Shown piece by piece: positions 18,941 to 26,865 of a stretch of DNA of 64,000 nt. Below the pieces are notes generated by a model. It was not told where the DNA came from, made no database searches, and saw only the letters and a list, made by a program, of their open reading frames with translations. The stretch is from Myxococcota bacterium (lineage in GTDB: Bacteria > Myxococcota > UBA4151): the NCBI GenBank assembly GCA_036338695.1, contig JAYZBQ010000058.1, forward strand, positions 1-64,000. Reading direction: 5' to 3'. The stretch's first letter is position 1; each line of letters starts with the position of its first letter. A program made the position numbers and the translations under genes.

Positions 18941-20380
18941 CTAACGCACAAACACGAGCCCCCACGCCGTGGTGCGCTTGACGCCGTTGTCCGGCGCAAA
19001 GCCGATCGCCTCGTTACCCACCGACCGACCGGGGCCGCGCCCCAGATCGTTGGAGCCCGCCCCAAAGCCGATCCGTGAATCGGGCGTGACGCAGTCGTTC
19101 TCCTGGTTGGCGACGATCCCGATTCGGACGCGCATGAGCGGGTTGTAGACGTTGAAGCCCTCGCGGTTGCATCGCGCTTGCAAGGAGCCCCCTTTGACCA
19201 GGCGCTTCCAAGCCTCTCGACCGACCTTGGTCGGCTGGTACTTATTGCCCTTGAAGAGGTGGTAGAGCGACCGTGCGCTGTGGTCGATTTTGAGGTTGCG
19301 CCACAGCTTGCCTCCGTCCCAAGTGACCAGGTTGATGGCGTCAAACGGGATGCGGTAAAACCCTTTGGTTTTCGCTTCATAGGGCGTCTTTTTATCGAGC
19401 TTTGCATTGAGCGTCTGGCGGTTTGTCCAGAGCGGTGAGTCATAGGCAAAAGTCGGCTTACGGCCGTCGATCGAGAGCACGAGCGTCCAGCCGCCCCCAT
19501 CATAAGTCATATCGCAATAGGACGGATACGGCGCCTTACTGCGCTTGAGGAAGTACATGCCATCCTTTGCCTTCGGCCGGGCGCGCTTGATCGCTTTGCA
19601 GTGCTTTGCAGGGCGTTCAAAACTTCCCAGCGCCTTCTTGGCACGCTTCGCCGCCTCACGCTCCGCTTGCTCCTGAGCTAGCGCCTCCGCTTCGCGCTTT
19701 GCCGCCGCCCGGCGCGCAGCTTCGACCGCTTTGGCTTGCTCACTCGCTTGCGCCGCTCGGCGTTGCGCCTCGGCGATCCGGCGCTGATCGGCCGCACGCT
19801 GTGCCGCCTCAAGCTGCCGCCGCGCGTCGTCCGCCTCGCGCTTGGCTTGCTCCGCTGCTCGCTGGGCGGCTTGTACCGCTTTGGTGGCGTCCTGACGCAG
19901 CACCTGGAGCTCGAGCGCCGTGGGTGCTCGGCCGCCATCCTTGAGCAGCTCGCGGACCTTGGCGGGGAGCGAGTCAGCGAAGGCTTCGACCGTCTCGCTC
20001 TGGTCCGCCACGGTTGAGAGCGCGCGAACCTTCTCGATATCGACCAGCTTGAGCGTCAGAATGTATCGCTTGCCGAGCTGGTCGAGCCCGCCGGTGACCA
20101 GGTATTTGGCGCCCAAGGCGCCGCCAAGCTCGGCGATGCAGCTCGCCTCATCGCAGCCGCCTGACAACTGGCGCTTGATCTCCTCATCGATGGCGCCGAG
20201 GTCCTCGGGGGTGACCAGCGTGTATTGGCTCGACTGTCCCGCATAGATACGCACCAAGCGGGTCAGCGTTTGCGCGTCCTTGGAGGCGCCCTGGCTCGAC
20301 CGCAGAGGCGCCACGATCAAGGTGGGAGGGAGGGGCATCGAGCTCACCATCAGCGCGGCCGTAAGGGTCAGACTTGACAT
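18941..20380 (-). CDS. Exported protein: GCDxxSCxAELGGALG domain + coiled coil + fibrinogen-like domain
   Basis: GCDEASCIAELGGALG; A/Q/R/E-rich helix; PAKHCKAIK...DGMY...YCDMTYDGGGWTLV. Confidence 0.8.
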   Translation of the reverse strand: MSSLTLTAALMVSSMPLPPTLIVAPLRSSQGASKDAQTLTRLVRIYAGQSSQYTLVTPEDLGAIDEEIKRQLSGGCDEASCIAELGGALGAKYLVTGGLDQLGKRYILTLKLVDIEKVRALSTVADQSETVEAFADSLPAKVRELLKDGGRAPTALELQVLRQDATKAVQAAQRAAEQAKREADDARRQLEAAQRAADQRRIAEAQRRAAQASEQAKAVEAARRAAAKREAEALAQEQAEREAAKRAKKALGSFERPAKHCKAIKRARPKAKDGMYFLKRSKAPYPSYCDMTYDGGGWTLVLSIDGRKPTFAYDSPLWTNRQTLNAKLDKKTPYEAKTKGFYRIPFDAINLVTWDGGKLWRNLKIDHSARSLYHLFKGNKYQPTKVGREAWKRLVKGGSLQARCNREGFNVYNPLMRVRIGIVANQENDCVTPDSRIGFGAGSNDLGRGPGRSVGNEAIGFAPDNGVKRTTAWGLVFVR

Positions 20381-20538
20381 GGTGTGTTTGGCTCCAACTT
20401 GAGGGCGACAGGACCAGCAAACGGTGACTGCGTCACCAAGTCAAGGACGCAGGATGCCGGCGCCTATTCACAGAAGGCGTCAGGCGTGATCCAAACAACA
20501 CGGCGGGATCAATGCGCCGTGCGATGGAGGCTCTCGGT

Positions 20539-21081
20539 ATGGCACAACCTGCGACCATCAGACGCTTTGAGATCGACGTCACGAATGTCGACGGCGGTGT
20601 GTATGAGTCCGTCTCGCTTCGGGTGGCGCAACACCCTTCCGAGAGTGAAGCGTACTGCGTGGTGCGCGTCATCGCCTATTGTCTGCATCTGGGCGACGGC
20701 GTTCGGATGTCCAAATCCGGGCTGTGCGATGCTGACGAGCCGCCGCTGAGCTCCGAGTCGCTAACGGGCGAGCCGCGTCTGTGGGTTGATATCGGATCGC
20801 CCTCGGCTGATCGCCTTCATAAGGCCTCGAAGCGCTACGCTCGCGTGGTGGTGTACACCCACAAGCGCCCCGAGCTGCTGATCGACAAACTCAACAAACA
20901 GCGCATTCACCGCGCTGACGAGCTCGAGCTCTACGCACTGGATAACGCCGCCATTGAACAACTAGCCGCTCGGCTGAGCCGGTCCAACAACTGGTCGTTC
21001 ATACGCCAAGATGACGAGCTCTTCATCACGGCAGGCGAGTCCCCCGTGAGCTTTCCGCTCCGTGCCTTGCCTGCGCCGTGA
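20539..21081 (+). CDS. yaeQ: YaeQ family protein
   Basis: AQHPSES, GLCDADEP, LWVDIGSPSADRLHKAS; GGAGG before ATG 20539. Confidence 0.9.
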   Translation: MAQPATIRRFEIDVTNVDGGVYESVSLRVAQHPSESEAYCVVRVIAYCLHLGDGVRMSKSGLCDADEPPLSSESLTGEPRLWVDIGSPSADRLHKASKRYARVVVYTHKRPELLIDKLNKQRIHRADELELYALDNAAIEQLAARLSRSNNWSFIRQDDELFITAGESPVSFPLRALPAP

Positions 21082-21163
21082 GCCTGAGGTGTCCTACACC
21101 CTTATAGCTAAAGAACAACGGCCTCGACTAGCGCATCCCGGCCGGGTTCGCTAAACCCCGCTC

Positions 21164-23473
21164 ATGAGATACCTAAACCTTCTTGTTCTGACGGTGCTGG
21201 CGGCCTGTGGTGCGCCGAGCCTCGAAGCCCACCAACTCAAAGTCACCATCGAAGACGAACGCCTGACGATCCGTGGCGTCGGCGAGCGCCTTTTGCTCGA
21301 TCTTCCGATCCGGGAGCTCGCGGCACGCAGCGGCTCGGCGAGTCACCAGATGAAGTTTGGCTCGTTCTTAGTCGAGGACCTGCCGCAACAAGCCTGGCAA
21401 GTCAGCGAGTCGATCGACGTCTCAAGCGATGACGAGACCTTGACCGCAAAGCTTGACGGTCTGGGGACGCTGACCGCTGAGATCGTCGCCGACGGACACG
21501 CTAAGGTGACCTGGGCTGCCGAGCAAGGCAACCGCGCTCGGATGGTGATCGACTGTGCAGCCGACGAGCGCTTCATGGGCTTTGGTGCGCAGACCCATGA
21601 CGTCGATCATCGCGGTCAGCGGATCCCTTTGTGGGTGTCGGAGCAGGGGATCGGGAAGAATGACACGGATGAGGTGCCGCCGGTCTGGTTTTTGGTGGGG
21701 CGCCGCCACTCAACCCATATCCCGGTCGCAGCGACCGTGACCTCGCGCGGGATTGCTTGGGCAGTCGAGACCGACGCCTACACCGAGGTAGATCTCTGCC
21801 TTGAGCGCGCCGACGCCACGGCGATTGAGCTGCACGAAGCGACCGTCCGACTGCACGTCTTTGATGGCCCGTCCCCGATGGAGGCGCTCAAGCGCTTCAC
21901 GGGCTGGGTTGGGCGGCCCAAGCTGCCACCGGCGTGGGTTTTTGCGCCATGGAACGACGCCGTTTTCGGTGAAGAGAACGTGCAGCGCTTCGCTGAATTC
22001 TTACGCGATGACTCGATCCCGACCTCAGCGATCTGGAGCGAGGACTGGAAGGGCGGGAACTGGCACGGCGACGCCTACCGGCTCGAGGAAGACTGGCGCC
22101 TTGACCGGGAGATCTACCCCGAGTTCGAGACCCTCACTCAGACGCTTCGCACCATGGGGATCCACCTGATGGTCTACTTCAACACCTTCGTCTTTGAGGC
22201 AGCCGAGATCTTTAACGAGGCGCATGATCAAGGCTTCTTGGTCAAAGACAAGAGCGGGGAGTTCGTCCGTTTCCAGGGGCCTAACGCCAATTTTACGCAC
22301 GCTGGGTTGATCGATCTGACCAATGAGGCTGCCGTAGAGTGGGTCGCCAATGAGCTCCGCCAGGCGCTCGACTACGGTGCTCGGGGATGGATGGCAGATT
22401 ACGCGGAGTGGATGCCTGTGGATGACGTGGTCCTGGCGAGCGGGGAGGACCCCGCGCTGGTTCACAACCGCTACCCGATCATGTGGCAGCAGCTCAATGA
22501 GCGCGTGATCGAGGAGGCAGGGCTCGCAGACGAAGCGATCGCCTTTTATCGCTCAGGCTGGATGGGCTCGCAGCCCTACGCTCGGGTGATCTGGGCCGGT
22601 GATCAAAACACGGACTTTGACCCCAACGACGGCTTCCCGACCATCTTGCCCTTGGGTATCGGGCTGAGCGCAACCGGCTTCCCGTTCTACGGTCACGACA
22701 TCGCCGGCTACCAGAGCAACACCACGGACCCGTCGACTAAAGAGCTGTTCCTGCGCTGGACCAGCCTCGGCGCCTTCTCTCCGGTGATGAGGACCCACCA
22801 CGGAACACACGCCTCCGAGAATTGGAACCTTGAGCGCGATGAGGAGACGACGGCGCACTGGAAGCGCTACGCCCGGCTCCACATGCAGCTGTTTCCCTAT
22901 CTCTGGGGTCTAGCGCAGCGCGCCGTGAACGAAGGTGAACCGATCTGGCGAGGCCTCGGTCTCGAGCACCCGGCCGAGCTTGAGCTCTGGTCCATCATGG
23001 ATCAGGTCTACTTGGGTCCGGCGCTCATGGTTGCGCCCGTTCAGACTCAGGGCGCGACGGCGCGGCAGGTGGTGATCCCGAGCGGACGCTTCGCACCCTT
23101 CTTCGGCGGCGAGGCGGTGACTGGGCCAAAGACGGTTGAGGTGCAAGCGCCCGTGACCGAGATCCCGGTTTTCGTGCGCGCCGGCGGGTTGGTGCCCATG
23201 CTCGCTGAGCCGGTCGATACCTTAATGCCGGATGTTGAGGGGCTGCGCGACCTCGGCGACACAAACGGCGATCGTTTGCTTCATGTCGGGCTCGGGGCCG
23301 CCGGGCGCTTTTGTGAGGCGGATGGCGCCTGCTACGAGCTGACGGGAGAGGGCACCGCACAGCCTGCCAACGAGTTGGTTCTTCAAGGAAATACAGCGCA
23401 TCAAGGTGACGGCTGGCGGCTGGTGACCACCGGTCAGCCAAGCGGTCGCCAGACCCGAGTCATAGCCCACTAA
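21164..23473 (+). CDS. GH31 glycoside hydrolase lipoprotein, related to the YihQ clade
   Basis: Lipobox LAAC; LWVSEQGIG; nucleophile motif GWMADYAE; acid/base motif WAGDQN; GHDIAGY; PVMRTH. Confidence 0.88.
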   Translation: MRYLNLLVLTVLAACGAPSLEAHQLKVTIEDERLTIRGVGERLLLDLPIRELAARSGSASHQMKFGSFLVEDLPQQAWQVSESIDVSSDDETLTAKLDGLGTLTAEIVADGHAKVTWAAEQGNRARMVIDCAADERFMGFGAQTHDVDHRGQRIPLWVSEQGIGKNDTDEVPPVWFLVGRRHSTHIPVAATVTSRGIAWAVETDAYTEVDLCLERADATAIELHEATVRLHVFDGPSPMEALKRFTGWVGRPKLPPAWVFAPWNDAVFGEENVQRFAEFLRDDSIPTSAIWSEDWKGGNWHGDAYRLEEDWRLDREIYPEFETLTQTLRTMGIHLMVYFNTFVFEAAEIFNEAHDQGFLVKDKSGEFVRFQGPNANFTHAGLIDLTNEAAVEWVANELRQALDYGARGWMADYAEWMPVDDVVLASGEDPALVHNRYPIMWQQLNERVIEEAGLADEAIAFYRSGWMGSQPYARVIWAGDQNTDFDPNDGFPTILPLGIGLSATGFPFYGHDIAGYQSNTTDPSTKELFLRWTSLGAFSPVMRTHHGTHASENWNLERDEETTAHWKRYARLHMQLFPYLWGLAQRAVNEGEPIWRGLGLEHPAELELWSIMDQVYLGPALMVAPVQTQGATARQVVIPSGRFAPFFGGEAVTGPKTVEVQAPVTEIPVFVRAGGLVPMLAEPVDTLMPDVEGLRDLGDTNGDRLLHVGLGAAGRFCEADGACYELTGEGTAQPANELVLQGNTAHQGDGWRLVTTGQPSGRQTRVIAH

Positions 23474-23508
23474 TGGCGGCTTAGGGCAGTTGACCGAGCC
23501 GCGGCGTC

Positions 23509-23537
23509 TTGCGCCGGGTGCGAAGTCCTTCTAAAGT
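23509..23537 (+). promoter_or_regulatory. Putative sigma70-type promoter for the poly-Cys leader
   Basis: TTGCGC (23509-14), a 17-nt spacer, TAAAGT (23532-37), then 6 nt to ATG 23544. Confidence 0.6.
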
Positions 23538-23543
23538 GGAACC

Positions 23544-23630
23544 ATGATGAGCCTCAACGTGATCACCACCGACGTCTCTGGGAACGGCACCTGTTGTTGT
23601 TGCTGTTGTTGTACGTCGACCCCGTGGTGA
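23544..23630 (+). CDS. Poly-cysteine leader peptide MMSLNVITTDVSGNGTCCCCCCCTSTPW (candidate attenuator uORF)
   Basis: ATG ATG AGC...ACC TGT TGT TGT TGC TGT TGT TGT ACG TCG ACC CCG TGG TGA, in frame and intergenic. Confidence 0.75.
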   Translation: MMSLNVITTDVSGNGTCCCCCCCTSTPW

Positions 23631-23741
23631 ACTGAGCGCCTTCCTTCCTACTCGCCAGTCTTCAGTCACCACGGAGGTCCTCTTCGGGTGCTGGAATGAT
23701 CTGTCTCATGCATCCGTCTCCTCCCTACTTATCGGATGCAT
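23563..23741 (+). promoter_or_regulatory. Structured leader with mutually exclusive hairpins
   Basis: Segment A (23563-75) pairs with B (23613-30). B (23618-35) alternatively pairs with C (23662-79). A perfect 9-bp stem 23708-16/23733-41 lies just before ATG 23744. Confidence 0.65.
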
Positions 23742-23743
23742 CC

Positions 23744-24703
23744 ATGACCCACTCACTACCCACTGTTCACATCCTCTATGAAAACGCTGCCTGGCTGCCG
23801 CCCTTGACCGAGGCGCTCAAAGCTGAGGGCTTTCCCATCCGGCTGTGGCCAGTTGACGGCGGTTTGATCGATCCGTCCGAGGAGCCACCGGAGGGGTTGT
23901 GGATCAATCGCATCAGCCCATCGTCGCACACGCGTGGGCACCACCACAGCGTCGGCCTGACGCGCGAGTGGCTCTCCTGGCTTCGAGTCCACCGGCGCCG
24001 GGTGATCAACGGCCTCGAGGCGTTCGAACTCGAGATGAGCAAGCTTCGGCAGGACATGGCGCTGCGTCGCCACGGCATCTTGACCCCTAAGACCGTCCTC
24101 GCGGTGGGGCGTGACCAGATCCTCGACGCTGCGGCGCGCTTTGAAGGTCCCTTCATCACCAAGCACAACCAAGGCGGTAAGGGCTTGGGGATCCGGCAGT
24201 TCACCGACGTCGCATCGCTTCGAGCCTATCTCGACTCGGATGCCTTTGATGAGGGCCCCGACGGCAAGCTGATCCTTCAAGAGTTTATCGAAGCCGCCGA
24301 GCCGGTGATCACGCGGGTCGAGGTCGTGGGCGGTGAGATGATCTTCGCCATGAACAGCTCGACCGAAGAGGGTTTTGAGCTCTGCCCTAGCGACGCGTGC
24401 CAGGCGACCCCGGCGTCGGTGTGCCCAGGTGAGGCGCCGAGCAGCAAGTTCAGCCCTGCCACGCTGAGCGCCGACGACCCGCTGGTGCAGAAGTATCTTC
24501 GATTCTGTGCCCTCGAGGGCGTTGAGGTCGCGGGTATCGAGTTCATCACCGACCGACACGGTCGCCGGTACACTTACGACGTCAACGGGACCACCAACTA
24601 CAGCAGCGGCGTCGAGCGCGCCGTCGGCGTCGACGGCATGCGCGAGCTCGCCAAGTACATTCGGGGTATGGCGGGCTGCGCCAGCCTGGACCGGGTCGCC
24701 TAG
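23744..24703 (+). CDS. RimK-like ATP-grasp ligase
   Basis: HILYENAAWLPPL, NRISPSSHTRGH, EMSKLRQ, FITKHNQGGKGLG, ILQEFI, GIEF, YDVNGTTNY. Alternative in-frame starts at 23696 and 23708. Confidence 0.85.
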   Translation: MTHSLPTVHILYENAAWLPPLTEALKAEGFPIRLWPVDGGLIDPSEEPPEGLWINRISPSSHTRGHHHSVGLTREWLSWLRVHRRRVINGLEAFELEMSKLRQDMALRRHGILTPKTVLAVGRDQILDAAARFEGPFITKHNQGGKGLGIRQFTDVASLRAYLDSDAFDEGPDGKLILQEFIEAAEPVITRVEVVGGEMIFAMNSSTEEGFELCPSDACQATPASVCPGEAPSSKFSPATLSADDPLVQKYLRFCALEGVEVAGIEFITDRHGRRYTYDVNGTTNYSSGVERAVGVDGMRELAKYIRGMAGCASLDRVA

Positions 24704-25122
24704 CCCACGTTGTAGGAGCTGTGGTGCAGCGTAATGCGCACCTGCCCATCCACCTTCCGGTAGGCGAAGCTGTAGTCGGCGAAGACTTCCGTGCCATCAG
24801 GCTGGGTGAAGGTGTAGTGCCCCATGTCGTGCGCTGTCAGGCCGTCGCGAGCGATCACGGGTCCGCGGGCGCTGTCAAAATCGACGGCGACGAAGCCGTT
24901 GTGCAAGAAGCCTTTATCGCCCGGATAGTTGACGTCTCCGCCCACAAAGTACGACCGAGCGCCGGCTGCGTCGGTACGAATCGATGGCGACATCGTGGGC
25001 TTGAAGACCAGCTCGGAGAAGTCATAGAGCGCAAGCAAGGCTTCAGGGTCTGCTGCGACGACGCCGGCGCCCCATTGGCTTTGCGCTTCGATGACTTCGT
25101 CGCGTGTGAGTGTATCGTTCAT
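24700..25122 (-). CDS. NTF2/CaMKII-association-fold protein, candidate iota carbonic anhydrase
   Basis: FKPT, SYFVGG, DKGF, MGHYTF and C-terminal ITLHHSS. Confidence 0.7.
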   Translation of the reverse strand: MNDTLTRDEVIEAQSQWGAGVVAADPEALLALYDFSELVFKPTMSPSIRTDAAGARSYFVGGDVNYPGDKGFLHNGFVAVDFDSARGPVIARDGLTAHDMGHYTFTQPDGTEVFADYSFAYRKVDGQVRITLHHSSYNVG

Positions 25123-25132
25123 GATGCAGTCC

Positions 25133-26050
25133 TTACTCGGGGCAGGTTTGATCGCTGATCCAGGCGCCGACCTGTTGTGCGTAGCGGTCGTAGCCTTCGG
25201 TCACGGCGATCCCGCCACTGATGCCATGACCGGCGCCGGAGGTGCGCCAGAAGCACTTCGGTGCGTTCATCGCATCGTAGAGCGCCTCGCTGTGCTCGAT
25301 CCGGATGAAGGTATCATCCGAGCTGTGCATCAGGAGAATCGGGGCGGTGACCTCGGGCAGTTTCTCTAGGTTGTCGTAGCTCCCGCTCAGGACGAAGGAG
25401 GCAGGAAACGAAGTGGCGCTCGAGTCGGCGAGGAAGAGCGAGGCGCTCGGGTAGGGCGCCTCAAGGATAACGCCCTTGACCGCATGCTTGCGGGCAAGGT
25501 GCACCGTGGGCAGCGCACCCAGGCTCATGCCGTAGAGGATCACACCTGATTCTTGCAGGCCACGCTGCTGCAGCTCCGTCAACAACAGCGCGTAAGCGTC
25601 ATCGGCGTTGGCGAAGAAGGCGGTCTCCGAAGGCGCTTGATCGCTGCTCGACTGACCGTAGCCTGGGTACTCATAGGTGAACAGGTTGGGGCCGGCGCCG
25701 TACAACGCCTCCATGGTGTGCAGGTAGTGCTCGATGCCGCCACGGTTGCCGTGCGAGACCACCACCGTGACCTCAGCGAGCGGCGAGCCCTCAGGAGCCG
25801 CCACAAAGTAGGCGTCGTTGGTGACCCCGCCGCTCTCAAACGAGAGCGCACTCACCCGGTCAGCAGGCATCCCTCGATCGGCGAAGGGGTAGGACTCGCC
25901 GCACGGTGTGCACAAGCGGTCCATCTCTTCGGTCTCGTCCTCGCAGGTCTCGGTACCGATCACGCTGCAGTGTCTGGGGTTGTGTTGAAAGCCGTCCAGA
26001 TTGGCGATGCAGGCGCTCAGCGTGAGCGCCAGGGGTAGAATGGAACGCAT
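25133..26050 (-). CDS. Alpha/beta hydrolase lipoprotein
   Basis: Lipobox LSAC; HGN, YPGYGQS, GMSLG, HSSDD, GAGH. Confidence 0.88.
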   Translation of the reverse strand: MRSILPLALTLSACIANLDGFQHNPRHCSVIGTETCEDETEEMDRLCTPCGESYPFADRGMPADRVSALSFESGGVTNDAYFVAAPEGSPLAEVTVVVSHGNRGGIEHYLHTMEALYGAGPNLFTYEYPGYGQSSSDQAPSETAFFANADDAYALLLTELQQRGLQESGVILYGMSLGALPTVHLARKHAVKGVILEAPYPSASLFLADSSATSFPASFVLSGSYDNLEKLPEVTAPILLMHSSDDTFIRIEHSEALYDAMNAPKCFWRTSGAGHGISGGIAVTEGYDRYAQQVGAWISDQTCPE

Positions 26051-26709
26051 TACTTACCTCCAAACTGTCGTGAGATCCCGAGACCAAGTCCTTGAGCGCC
26101 TAAGTCGGCGATACCCGCCCAGGCGAGCGCCGCCTTGCTGTTGTCGGCGTTGGCACCGAACCAGCGGTACTCGACGTAGTAGGTCCACTTGTTGCGACGC
26201 AGCTTGGCGCCAAGCGCCGGCGTGAGCAAAAGCCCGGGCATGCCCAAGTCGAGGTGCTCCATCAGGCTCGCATAGTAGGTGGCTCGCCCGTGCGTCCACG
26301 ACCCGGTCAAGGTCAGCTCATTGTTTAGCCAAAGGCCGCGCGAGTCCGCAGGTTTTCGATCGTCGAGGTGATTCGAGAAGACGTAGAGGCGGTTCGTCAC
26401 GAGCAATCGAGGGCGCCGGCCCGCTTGCTCGCTGAGCTGATAGCTTGCCCCGACATGACCACCGAGCGCACCGAAGACGGGCGGAAGCAGGTGCGTCCCA
26501 ACGTTCCAGTCCCAGCGCTCGCCACCGCCCTGGCGGTATTCGGCGGTCATGCTTGGAAGCGCAATGGTGGGGCCGCCTCCAGGCAACGCGATCATCGGCC
26601 CCCCGAAGGTCGCGCTGACCTCCTGCTGACCGGGCTTGAGAGTTTCGGTCACCGGGACCGTGATGCACCCAGCGCTGGCGAGCAGCGCCATGATATATGT
26701 TCTGCGCAT
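26050..26709 (-). CDS. Hypothetical lipoprotein, possible beta-barrel
   Basis: SAGC lipobox; amphipathic beta strands; ends GLGISRQFGGK; TAATG coupling to the hydrolase gene. Confidence 0.65.
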   Translation of the reverse strand: MRRTYIMALLASAGCITVPVTETLKPGQQEVSATFGGPMIALPGGGPTIALPSMTAEYRQGGGERWDWNVGTHLLPPVFGALGGHVGASYQLSEQAGRRPRLLVTNRLYVFSNHLDDRKPADSRGLWLNNELTLTGSWTHGRATYYASLMEHLDLGMPGLLLTPALGAKLRRNKWTYYVEYRWFGANADNSKAALAWAGIADLGAQGLGLGISRQFGGK

Positions 26710-26865
26710 GGCGACCTCCGCTCGAGCCTTTAGCGACCTGGCGATGCGAGGTCGAGTAAGAAGCGATCCTGCGCGCGGTCAACGCAACAACGCAAACGCA
26801 CGCCAAGGTCTAGTCAATCGACCGAGCGCTGCCTTATGGTTGAGCGTCGCTAGGGTGAGACGTCA

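Noticed and set aside
23481..23672. Minus-strand 63-aa ORF with a Thr run, or a simple (TGT)n microsatellite
   Set aside because: The plus-strand reading has a promoter, ATG, stop and the same orientation as the next gene. The single interruption (TGC) is synonymous for Cys but changes Thr to Ala on the minus strand.
23622..23674. SRP-RNA-like GGAAGGAAG hairpin on the minus strand
   Set aside because: It lacks the CAGG...GCAGC internal-loop context of SRP helix 8 and is better explained as the leader B:C stem.
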